Source: Methanofastidiosum sp. (GTDB taxonomy: Archaea > Methanobacteriota_B > Thermococci > Methanofastidiosales > Methanofastidiosaceae). From it: a stretch of 64,000 bases of DNA. The stretch covers positions 16,974-80,973 of the forward strand of contig DAOSDU010000007.1 of the NCBI GenBank assembly GCA_035362715.1, given 5' to 3'. How positions within the stretch are numbered: the first letter of the stretch is position 1; each line of letters starts with the position of its first letter. Shown here one piece after another: positions 20,734-28,885 of the stretch. Below the pieces are notes generated by a model. It was given only the letters and a program-made list of their open reading frames with translations, was not told the DNA's origin and searched no databases. A program made the translations under genes and the position numbers.

Positions 20734-21389
20734 CTTTTTTCACCCCTAGCCTTATTCTGGGCCTCATCTGAAATATATAAGATATCGCTACGATTTTTCT
20801 CAATATATGAGATAACAGCAACTGTAATCAAACCCTCTATTATTCCCAAGGCACCGTGCCATATTCCCATTATGGGTACTGTAGTATTTATTGAGTACTG
20901 GAAAGTAGAAGATAGACCAGTAGCTATTCCAGTATTGATTGCCCCTAATGTTATTCCAATCCAACCTGCAACAAATGCGGCTATTTTGGTATTTTTCTTG
21001 CTTAGAAATTTGTATATATAGTAAGCTACGAATACATCAACGATTGCCATACTAAAAAGGTTAGTTCCCAGAGTAGTAATACCTCCGTCTCCAAATACTA
21101 ATGCTTGGATTACTACAACAGATGTCATAGCTATACACCCTAAAAACGGGCCTAAAATTATTGCTGCAACAGCACCACCGACAAAATGTGCAGAAGTTCC
21201 ACCAGGAATTGGCCAGTTTAGCATTTGTGCGGCAAATATACCTGCGGCAACTAAACCCGCAATAGGTACTCTTTTTTCATTTATGCCATCTTTTTTTATT
21301 TTATAAATACATATTCCAACGACTATAGCAGTAAGTACATAGTATACCAGTGCTATGTTCATGTCTAAAAATCCATCTGGTATGTGCAT
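20730..21389 (-). CDS. cbiM: cobalt ECF substrate-specific component CbiM
   Basis: N-terminal MHIPDG motif typical of CbiM/NikM. Confidence 0.85.
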   Translation of the reverse strand: MHIPDGFLDMNIALVYYVLTAIVVGICIYKIKKDGINEKRVPIAGLVAAGIFAAQMLNWPIPGGTSAHFVGGAVAAIILGPFLGCIAMTSVVVIQALVFGDGGITTLGTNLFSMAIVDVFVAYYIYKFLSKKNTKIAAFVAGWIGITLGAINTGIATGLSSTFQYSINTTVPIMGIWHGALGIIEGLITVAVISYIEKNRSDILYISDEAQNKARGEKR

Positions 21390-21400
21390 TTTATTCCCTC

Positions 21401-21427
21401 GTGTTACTAATTTAGAATTAGTAACAC
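21401..21427. promoter_or_regulatory. perfect inverted repeat GTGTTACTAATT-tag-AATTAGTAACAC overlapping the cbiM core promoter; candidate operator
   Basis: 12-bp arms, 3-bp spacer, 12-38 bp upstream of the cbiM start codon. Confidence 0.55.
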
Positions 21428-21491
21428 TTGATTAGGATATCCTAATGTTTATAAGTCTTTTGTAGGGATGGTCTTGGAGCTCTATTGTGCG

Positions 21492-21556
21492 ATTAATAAT
21501 TAGTAATCTAGTTATAGTTAGTTAAGTTAAACTAAAACGATTTTACTAAGTTTATT
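21492..21556. repeat. direct repeat copy A (about 65 bp), overlapping the stop of gene 21552..22424
   Basis: tagtta[g/a]ttaagtt[a/t]aactaaaa[c/t]gattttactaagtttatt core, 42 bp with 3 mismatches to copy B; similarity extends left (attaat…atctagtta). Confidence 0.6.
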
Positions 21557-22424
21557 TCTCATAAATTTCTGAGATTGTCCTTTCAAGACTATCGTTTAAT
21601 AGTCTAATAGTACCTTCTCTATAGGACAGTCTTAGATCTATTTCAGAAGATATTGTTTCACATTTATTTTTGTATTCTGGACAATTAGAACAATCATATT
21701 CTAATGCAACAATCTGATTATAATTCGCTTCTCTTAGTAAATATTTTGTCATTTCAGTGCCATCAAATTTTTCAATTCCCAATTTATCTCCGATTTCTTT
21801 TAGCCGGTTTTCACCTATAGTTTCAATTTTTCTTTTACTGAAAAGTCCCCAATGACTAGCATACCCCGGAGTCAAAAAAAATGTACCAGGTTCTTTAGTT
21901 AATATCTCTAAATACTCGGATTTACTACCTAGAAGAGCACATACACAGTCATCAACTATTTCTTTATTTTCATCCTTTAGAATATCAAAAGGTATTCTTA
22001 CTCGATTATCTTTCAACATACCTTCTAGGTTATTCATGGAATTGCCACATAATCCATAATAAAGCAGAAGATAGTCAGAATGTTTCTGCAATTCTATACA
22101 AGCTTTCAATACTTCTTCTTTTAATTCTCCTGGGCTATAATGGAGAAATAGTGGCAACATATATACTATTAATTCAAGTTTTTCTTCTCTTTTGAGGTAT
22201 CTTGGGGCAAATAATTCCCTAGCTATCTTTATTTTTTCATAAGGAAAGTTACTTCTGATAACGTTCTCAAAATACTTTGAAGACTCTGTATCTACAATAA
22301 TTATTTTACCTATTTCGGGATGTTCTTTTATAACAAATAAAAGTTCATCTTCAAATACTTCACAACTTATAATTCCAATTCTCTTAGAATTTTGTTTGTT
22401 AGTATCATCTAATTTCTGGAGCAT
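21552..22424 (-). CDS. Cys-rich hypothetical protein (possibly DUF1638-like), flanked by direct repeats
   Basis: Cys pairs DDCVCALLG and CSNCPEYKNKCE; no recognised catalytic motif. Confidence 0.45.
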   Translation of the reverse strand: MLQKLDDTNKQNSKRIGIISCEVFEDELLFVIKEHPEIGKIIIVDTESSKYFENVIRSNFPYEKIKIARELFAPRYLKREEKLELIVYMLPLFLHYSPGELKEEVLKACIELQKHSDYLLLYYGLCGNSMNNLEGMLKDNRVRIPFDILKDENKEIVDDCVCALLGSKSEYLEILTKEPGTFFLTPGYASHWGLFSKRKIETIGENRLKEIGDKLGIEKFDGTEMTKYLLREANYNQIVALEYDCSNCPEYKNKCETISSEIDLRLSYREGTIRLLNDSLERTISEIYEK

Positions 22425-22463
22425 ATTACCAATTAACTCTGATTCTTATTTTTAAGAGTTTTC

Positions 22464-22517
22464 ATTAATTAGATCTAGTTAATTAAGTTTAACTAAAATG
22501 ATTTTACTAAGTTTATT
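22464..22517. repeat. direct repeat copy B (about 54 bp), upstream of gene 21552..22424
   Basis: See copy A. Confidence 0.6.
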
Positions 22518-22615
22518 CAAAAAATATTTTAATATACTGTTGATAAGAAATAACTTTTCTTATATATTATAGTTGTGATAATAAGTTTTTTAAAAGATTA
22601 CATCGTTGATAAATC

Positions 22616-24394
22616 ATGAAAAGAGAACTTCTAATGGGCAATGAAGCAATTGCCTTAGGCGCTTTTGAAGCCGGTGTTGAAGTTGTTGCAGCCTATCCTG
22701 GTACACCATCAACAGAAATTCCTGAGACTGCTGCACGATTTGCCAAACAGTACGGCGTTTATGTTGAATTTTCTACTAATGAGAAGGTTGCACTCGAGGT
22801 AGGAATCGGGGCATCTTGGGCGGGAAAAAGAGCCCTTGTAACAATGAAGCATGTCGGAGTTAATGTTGCATCTGATTCGTTTATGACTTTAGCTTATACA
22901 GGTGTTGACGGAGGATTTGTCCTTGTTTCTGCTGATGAGCCAGAATGCCATTCTTCTCAGAATGAGCAGGATAATAGAATATATGCCAGATTTGCAAATG
23001 TACCATGTTTAGATCCATCTTCTGCTCAGGAATGCAGGGATATGATAATATTTGCATATGACCTATCTGAGTTGTTTTCTATACCTGTAATTTTAAGGCC
23101 AACTACTAGAGTATGTCACGGAAGGGGAGATGTAGAGTTAGGAGAAATAAATATCCAAAAAAGAGAAGGTAAATTCACAAAGGATGTTACAAAGTATGTC
23201 ACCGTTCCATCTCACACAAGGGTATTACATAAAAAGCTTTTAGAGAAAATGGAAAAAATTAGAGAATTTGTTGAGAATTCTAATCTTAATTATGCTATCC
23301 CCGGGGACGGAAAGACTGGGATCATTGTCATTGGAGCATCTTTTAATTATTTGATGGAATCTCTGAATATTTTAGGCATTAACCCCCCAATATTAAAAAT
23401 TGGAGTTTCACATCCTTTAGCAAAAAATAAAGTATTATCCTTTATTAAAGATCTTGAAAAAGTCGTAATTGTTGAAGAACTTGAGCCAGTTATCGAAAAT
23501 GATGTAAAAATATTAATGGCCGAGAACCAATTGAACTTGAAGCTGTATGGGAAGAATATATTTTCAAGAACTGGTGAGTATTCTACGGATCTAGTAACTG
23601 AAATACTTTCAAAATTTTTTAGGATTGATGTATCTAAAGAACAACCTAAAAATATTACTATTCCTAATAGGGCTCCATTATTATGTGCTGGATGTCCACA
23701 CAGATCAACGTTTTATGCAATAAAAAAGGTAACTAGAGGGAAGGCCATATTCCCCTCGGATATCGGTTGCTATACTCTTGGATTCTCAAGACCTCTCCAG
23801 ACAGTTGATACATGCATTGCCATGGGCTCAAGTTTTGGGATAGCATGCGGTCTTGCAAAATCTGTAAATGAGCCAATTGTTGCAACTTTGGGGGACTCTA
23901 CATTTTTCCATGCAGGAATACCTCCATTAATCAATGCCAAATATAACAATGCCAAGATTGTAGCAGTGATCCTTGACAATTTAACTACCGCTATGACTGG
24001 TCATCAACCTCATCCTGGAACGCAGCTAACTGCTATGGGAGAACCTGCAAGCCCTGTATCTATTGAGAAGCTGATTGCCGGTATGGATATACCAGTCGAA
24101 GTCGTAAATGCAACTGATGTAAAAAGCATTGAAGATGCTCTAAAAAGAGCACTTGAAAGTGAACAGGTATATGCTATTGTATCAAGAGGGCCATGTGTTC
24201 TCCTAAAGGGCATAGATAAGAGGCCCATCTATAGGGTAGAAGTATCTATATGCAGGGCATGCAAAGCATGTATCAAGCTATCGGGGTGCCCTGCTTTAGA
24301 ATTTAAGGATGGTCACTCAAGTATTAATCCAACAGTATGCACTGGATGCGGATTATGCGCCCACATATGTCCTGTAGAAGCAATAGTTAGATAA
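22616..24394 (+). CDS. iorA: indolepyruvate:ferredoxin oxidoreductase alpha subunit
   Basis: N-terminal GNEAIALGA…AAYPGTPSTEI TPP-enzyme pattern; C-terminal two 4Fe-4S motifs CRACKAC…CP and CTGCGLCAHICP. Confidence 0.8.
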   Translation: MKRELLMGNEAIALGAFEAGVEVVAAYPGTPSTEIPETAARFAKQYGVYVEFSTNEKVALEVGIGASWAGKRALVTMKHVGVNVASDSFMTLAYTGVDGGFVLVSADEPECHSSQNEQDNRIYARFANVPCLDPSSAQECRDMIIFAYDLSELFSIPVILRPTTRVCHGRGDVELGEINIQKREGKFTKDVTKYVTVPSHTRVLHKKLLEKMEKIREFVENSNLNYAIPGDGKTGIIVIGASFNYLMESLNILGINPPILKIGVSHPLAKNKVLSFIKDLEKVVIVEELEPVIENDVKILMAENQLNLKLYGKNIFSRTGEYSTDLVTEILSKFFRIDVSKEQPKNITIPNRAPLLCAGCPHRSTFYAIKKVTRGKAIFPSDIGCYTLGFSRPLQTVDTCIAMGSSFGIACGLAKSVNEPIVATLGDSTFFHAGIPPLINAKYNNAKIVAVILDNLTTAMTGHQPHPGTQLTAMGEPASPVSIEKLIAGMDIPVEVVNATDVKSIEDALKRALESEQVYAIVSRGPCVLLKGIDKRPIYRVEVSICRACKACIKLSGCPALEFKDGHSSINPTVCTGCGLCAHICPVEAIVR

Positions 24395-24575
24395 TATTTA
24401 ATATATTTCTTCTATTTTATATTGAATATTTTTCATATTTAAAATCTATATTTTTTTAAAAGTAATAAAAATTTTTAAGTATATTATTTATTGCCGTTAG
24501 GCTTTTAACATTGAAAAATCAAATATATTGAAGGTTGTATATTAATATTCTTATAATCTCAAGGGAGTTGAAGAA

Positions 24576-24800
24576 ATGGTGGAAATAAAAATTGATGTTA
24601 AAGGTCAAACTTGTCCTGTACCCCTAGTTGAATGTAGAAAAGCGTTGCGAAAAGCAGCAGTTGGAGATATAGTCGAGATAGAGGGAACACATCCTGCGTC
24701 TAAGAAGGAAATACCCATGGCTGTGAAGGCGTTAGGGTATAAGATTGTATCCATTGAAGAGGAGGGCAATACGTGGAAGATAAAAATATGCAAGAATTAG
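24576..24800 (+). CDS. tusA: TusA-like sulfurtransferase
   Basis: CPVPL (CPxP) motif, 74 aa. Confidence 0.75.
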   Translation: MVEIKIDVKGQTCPVPLVECRKALRKAAVGDIVEIEGTHPASKKEIPMAVKALGYKIVSIEEEGNTWKIKICKN

Positions 24801-25228
24801 CTAATCAAAAAAAGAATAAAGCCACGATAATTGTTCATAGCGGGGATATGGATAAAATTTACAGTGCACTAATAATAGGAAATGGAGCACTTTCAATGGG
24901 CATGGAAGTTTCGTTGTACTTCACTTTTTTTGGACTTCAGAGATTAAAGAAAGGCGGGCTTGAAAAAGGGCCACTCTCAAAGATGCACATGCTGGGATTA
25001 GGTAAAATGATGATAAAGAAGAAAATGGAAAAAGCTAATGTGGCTTCTTTAGAGAAAATGATAACAGACTTCAAAGAACTTGGAGGTAAAATACTGGCTT
25101 GTGATATGACTATGGAGGTAATGGGAGTAAAGCCTGAAGATCTAAGACAAGACCTAATTAATGATTACTGTTCTGTTGGGACATATATTCAAGAAGCAAT
25201 GGAATCAAGCATGACGCTGTTTATTTAA
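24773..25228 (+). CDS. DsrE/DsrF-like (DsrE3/YchN family) sulfur relay protein
   Basis: About 150 aa, conserved Cys in ILACDM; partnered with tusA as in the DsrE3-TusA systems described in Metallosphaera. Confidence 0.55.
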   Translation: MEDKNMQELANQKKNKATIIVHSGDMDKIYSALIIGNGALSMGMEVSLYFTFFGLQRLKKGGLEKGPLSKMHMLGLGKMMIKKKMEKANVASLEKMITDFKELGGKILACDMTMEVMGVKPEDLRQDLINDYCSVGTYIQEAMESSMTLFI

Positions 25229-25242
25229 TATGGTGAATCAGA

Positions 25243-26409
25243 ATGGAAAAAAATATTTACCTTGATAATGCGGCCGCAACAAGATTGGACGAGAGAGTTT
25301 TAGAATCTATGAAAAAATATTTCTTTGAAGTATATGCAGTTGCAACTTCAGAATTTGGATATTCGTTAGGCATTGAAGCTAGAGAATCTCTAGATGAGGC
25401 TAGAGGATTTATTGCCAATTATATTGGAGCTGATTTTGGAGAAATTATTTTCACTTCAGGAAGCACTGAATCTAGTAATATGGCCTTAAAAGGAGTTGCA
25501 ATGGCACTAAAAGAAAAAAAAGGCAAGCACATAATTGTATCAAAAATTGAAGACTTTCCAGTTCTTAATAGTGCAAGGAGTCTTGAAAAACAGGGATTTG
25601 AAGTTACCTATCTTGATGTTGACCAATATGGGCTGATTGACTTTGATCAGCTTGAAAAATCTATAAGAAAAGACACTATTCTAGTATCAATTCAGCATGC
25701 CAATCAAGAGATTGGCACAATGCAAGACATTGCTAAAATAGCAAACATTTGTAAAAATAAAAGTGTGCTTTTTCACACAGATGCAACACATACCTTCACA
25801 AGAGTTCCAATTGATGTTAGGAAAATTCCAGTTGATCTAGTTACTTTGTCTGCTCACACTATCCATGGACCTAAAGAGACGGGAGCATTATTTATCCGTA
25901 AGAACACTCCGTTCTCAAAGTGGATGGACGGAGGATTTCAAGAATTTAACAAGCGTGCAGGATTAGAAAATATCCCTGGGGCGGTAGGATTTGCAAAAGC
26001 TATTGAACTAGTAACTCCTGAAGAGACTAAGAAAATGGAGCAGATGAGAGATCACCTCGTTAAAAGAGTATTATCTGAGATACCAGACACAACTTTGAAT
26101 GGGCATAAAGAAAAAAGAATTCCTCAAAATGCGAATATTACATTTCACTATGTAGAAGGAGAATCAATTACGCTTCATCTTGACATGAGAGGATTTTCGG
26201 TCAGTACAGGTTCTGCATGCTTCAGTAAATCCCTTGAGGCAAGCCATGTTATAATGGGCATCGGTGGGGATCACGAGAGGGCGCATGGTTCTGTTCGATT
26301 TACATTTGGCAGATACAATACTATTGATGATGTTGATTCGATTGTGAATAATATATCTGAAGTTGTAACGGAACTTAGAAAAATTAGCCCGTTGGGCAAG
26401 AATCGATAA
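25243..26409 (+). CDS. iscS: IscS/NifS-like class V aminotransferase; PLP-binding Lys replaced by Thr
   Basis: SAHTIHGPKETG where IscS has SGHKIYGPKGIG; catalytic Cys loop STGSACFS retained. Confidence 0.8.
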   Translation: MEKNIYLDNAAATRLDERVLESMKKYFFEVYAVATSEFGYSLGIEARESLDEARGFIANYIGADFGEIIFTSGSTESSNMALKGVAMALKEKKGKHIIVSKIEDFPVLNSARSLEKQGFEVTYLDVDQYGLIDFDQLEKSIRKDTILVSIQHANQEIGTMQDIAKIANICKNKSVLFHTDATHTFTRVPIDVRKIPVDLVTLSAHTIHGPKETGALFIRKNTPFSKWMDGGFQEFNKRAGLENIPGAVGFAKAIELVTPEETKKMEQMRDHLVKRVLSEIPDTTLNGHKEKRIPQNANITFHYVEGESITLHLDMRGFSVSTGSACFSKSLEASHVIMGIGGDHERAHGSVRFTFGRYNTIDDVDSIVNNISEVVTELRKISPLGKNR

Positions 26410-26421
26410 GGAGGGAATGAT

Positions 26422-27057
26422 ATGAAATTTCCATATAGTGAAAAAGTGTTGGAGCATTTTCGTCATCCACATAACGTAGGTAAAATAGAAAATCCAGATG
26501 GCAAAGCAACCGAAGGAAGCCCTGCATGCGGGGACATGGTTTCAGTTTATATAAAAGTAAATCCTATGAATAAGGTTATTGAGGATATAAAATTTGAGTC
26601 TTATGGTTGTGCATCCAATATTGCAACAGGCTCGATTATTACCGATATGGCCAAGGGAAAAACTCTTGAGGAAGCAAAGAAAATTACTTGGCAACAGGCA
26701 GCAGATGCTTTAGGGGGATTACCGACAATAAAAGCGCACTGCTCGGTATTGGCTGTTGAAGGACTAAGGGCAGCAATCCAAAACTATGAAGAAAAACATG
26801 GAATTATCGCAGAGAAAGTTCCTACAACAATAGAGATTGTGAACAATAGATTGAAGAAAGTGATGAATCCTTTAACAGGTCTTGATGTTGTTAGAACAAA
26901 TCTTATTAAGAAAATAGAAATCAACAACGGTAAAGTTTTACTTACAATAGATCTGCCCTCCAATCATCAATTCGCCAATTCGATAAGAGAAGAGATCAAA
27001 GAAAAGATTGAAACTTTATGGGATGTAAAAGAAGTAAGTGTTGAGTTTATAGATTAA
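26422..27057 (+). CDS. iscU: IscU/NifU-type Fe-S scaffold with about 85-aa C-terminal extension
   Basis: ACGD, YGCAS, HCS cluster-ligand motifs. Confidence 0.85.
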   Translation: MKFPYSEKVLEHFRHPHNVGKIENPDGKATEGSPACGDMVSVYIKVNPMNKVIEDIKFESYGCASNIATGSIITDMAKGKTLEEAKKITWQQAADALGGLPTIKAHCSVLAVEGLRAAIQNYEEKHGIIAEKVPTTIEIVNNRLKKVMNPLTGLDVVRTNLIKKIEINNGKVLLTIDLPSNHQFANSIREEIKEKIETLWDVKEVSVEFID

Positions 27058-27177
27058 TTTTTTTATATTAATTATTATTTTATCATTTGCTTTAGATTTA
27101 GCTTTACCCATAAGTTAATAAAATAATATATCTCATCATGATTAAGGCAATCCTGTAAAAATCCAAAGGTATTAATT

Positions 27178-28017
27178 ATGGGCCAACCAGATGAAAAAAT
27201 TTCTCTTGAAAATCCAATTATTATTGTCAGTGTTTATTTTGTTATGGGAATCGTATGGATTATATTCTCTGACGTATTTTTGGCTATGCGTGTAAAAGAC
27301 GTTCCTACGTTGGTTTTTTTCCAAACTTTTAAAGATATATTATTTATATTATTGACTTCCTTATTGGTCTTTTATTTGATAAATCGTGGATTTAACAAAA
27401 TAAAATCATCCACTCAAATTATGACTGAAAGTGAGAGAAAGAATAAGATTATACTGGACACCGTTGGAGATATTATTCTTTATGTCGATAAATACGGAAA
27501 AATATTAGACATTAATAAAAGAATTGAAACAAAATTGGGTTACAAGAAAGAAGAACTAATTGGGAAAAGTTTCACGGATGTGGGGATTCTTGATGTCAAA
27601 TATACCCCTACTTTAGCTAAGATGTATAGGCAAGGAATAAGCAATAAATCTGACGAAAGAATAGAACTAGAATTAAATCACAAAAATGGCAGCACAATTA
27701 TGGCTGAAGCCAATAATAAGTTTATTATACAAAATGGCGAAATCATTGGGGCAGTGACTGCATTTAGGGATATTACAGAAAGAAAAAAGGCTTTAGTTCA
27801 AATAGAAAATAATATTGAAAAATTTGCTCATCTTATTGATCATATCCGGAATCCATTGGCAATACTTAGCACCTTCACACATGTTAGAATAAATGAACCA
27901 GAGATAAAACAAAACTTATTAGTCCAGATTGAGAAGATCGATGATGTCATAAAACAACTGGATGAGGGCTGGATGAATACTGAAGATACCCGAAAATTTT
28001 TGAAAGACTATAAATAA
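27178..28017 (+). CDS. membrane PAS sensor with C-terminal DHp-like domain (H-box DHIRNPLAIL); no ATPase domain
   Basis: TM helices, PAS region, H-box with His; no room downstream for a catalytic domain (HypB is convergent). Confidence 0.6.
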   Translation: MGQPDEKISLENPIIIVSVYFVMGIVWIIFSDVFLAMRVKDVPTLVFFQTFKDILFILLTSLLVFYLINRGFNKIKSSTQIMTESERKNKIILDTVGDIILYVDKYGKILDINKRIETKLGYKKEELIGKSFTDVGILDVKYTPTLAKMYRQGISNKSDERIELELNHKNGSTIMAEANNKFIIQNGEIIGAVTAFRDITERKKALVQIENNIEKFAHLIDHIRNPLAILSTFTHVRINEPEIKQNLLVQIEKIDDVIKQLDEGWMNTEDTRKFLKDYK

Positions 28018-28042
28018 TTATTAATATCTTAATGAATGTATC

Positions 28043-28702
28043 TTATTCGAATATATCTAACCATTCTGATATTCCTATATTTTTCTTTACAGATGTTTTG
28101 ATAATTTTTATTTTAGGATTAAGCGAAAGACAATCCCTTTCCATTTTTTCGGGGCTTGCATCAACAGCTTCGGCGATATCAATTTTATTGATTATACAAA
28201 CATCTGAAAACCTGAATATTATTGGGTGTTTCAATACTATATCATCTCCCTCACTTACACTGACAATAACAATTCTTTTGTCTTCACCAAGTGTAAAATC
28301 TGAAGGGCATATTAAATTTCCCACATTTTCCATTATAAAATAATCGAGTTCTTGGAGAATTCCTCTTTCCTCTAGATCTTCCAGTTCATGGGATATCAAG
28401 TGTGCATCCAGATGGCACTCCTTTCCAGTATTTAATGGAATTACAAGGCATTTGTGTTTTCTAAATCTATTAGAGTCATACTCAGCAACTACATCTCCTG
28501 CAATAATGCCAATTTTTTTTCCTTTTTTCACTAAAGCATCAATGGCAATTTCTATTAGAGAAGTTTTTCCAGAGCCTATCGCACCCATTACATTATAAGA
28601 TTTAATTCCATATTTCTTTAGAAGTTTACTATTATCATTTGCTATCATTGAATTCTCTTTTATGATGTCTTTTTCAATGTCAATGCTTGCTGTTTTATGC
28701 AT
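28043..28702 (-). CDS. hypB: HypB/UreG-family nickel-insertion GTPase
   Basis: GSGKTSL P-loop; CH motif (ECHLDAH); ENVGNLICP. Confidence 0.75.
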   Translation of the reverse strand: MHKTASIDIEKDIIKENSMIANDNSKLLKKYGIKSYNVMGAIGSGKTSLIEIAIDALVKKGKKIGIIAGDVVAEYDSNRFRKHKCLVIPLNTGKECHLDAHLISHELEDLEERGILQELDYFIMENVGNLICPSDFTLGEDKRIVIVSVSEGDDIVLKHPIIFRFSDVCIINKIDIAEAVDASPEKMERDCLSLNPKIKIIKTSVKKNIGISEWLDIFE

Positions 28703-28885
28703 AATATAAAAAAATAATATTTATTTAAATAATTAATGATATAAGAACAAGCATTCAAATCGAACATTAGAAATAATTTTTGCAATATCAAATTTTAAAA
28801 ATCGTTTACCAAAAGATTTATAATTAACAAATTAATCAATAAAATAGTTTGGACTAACATATGAATTGGAGGGATTTATATTAGC

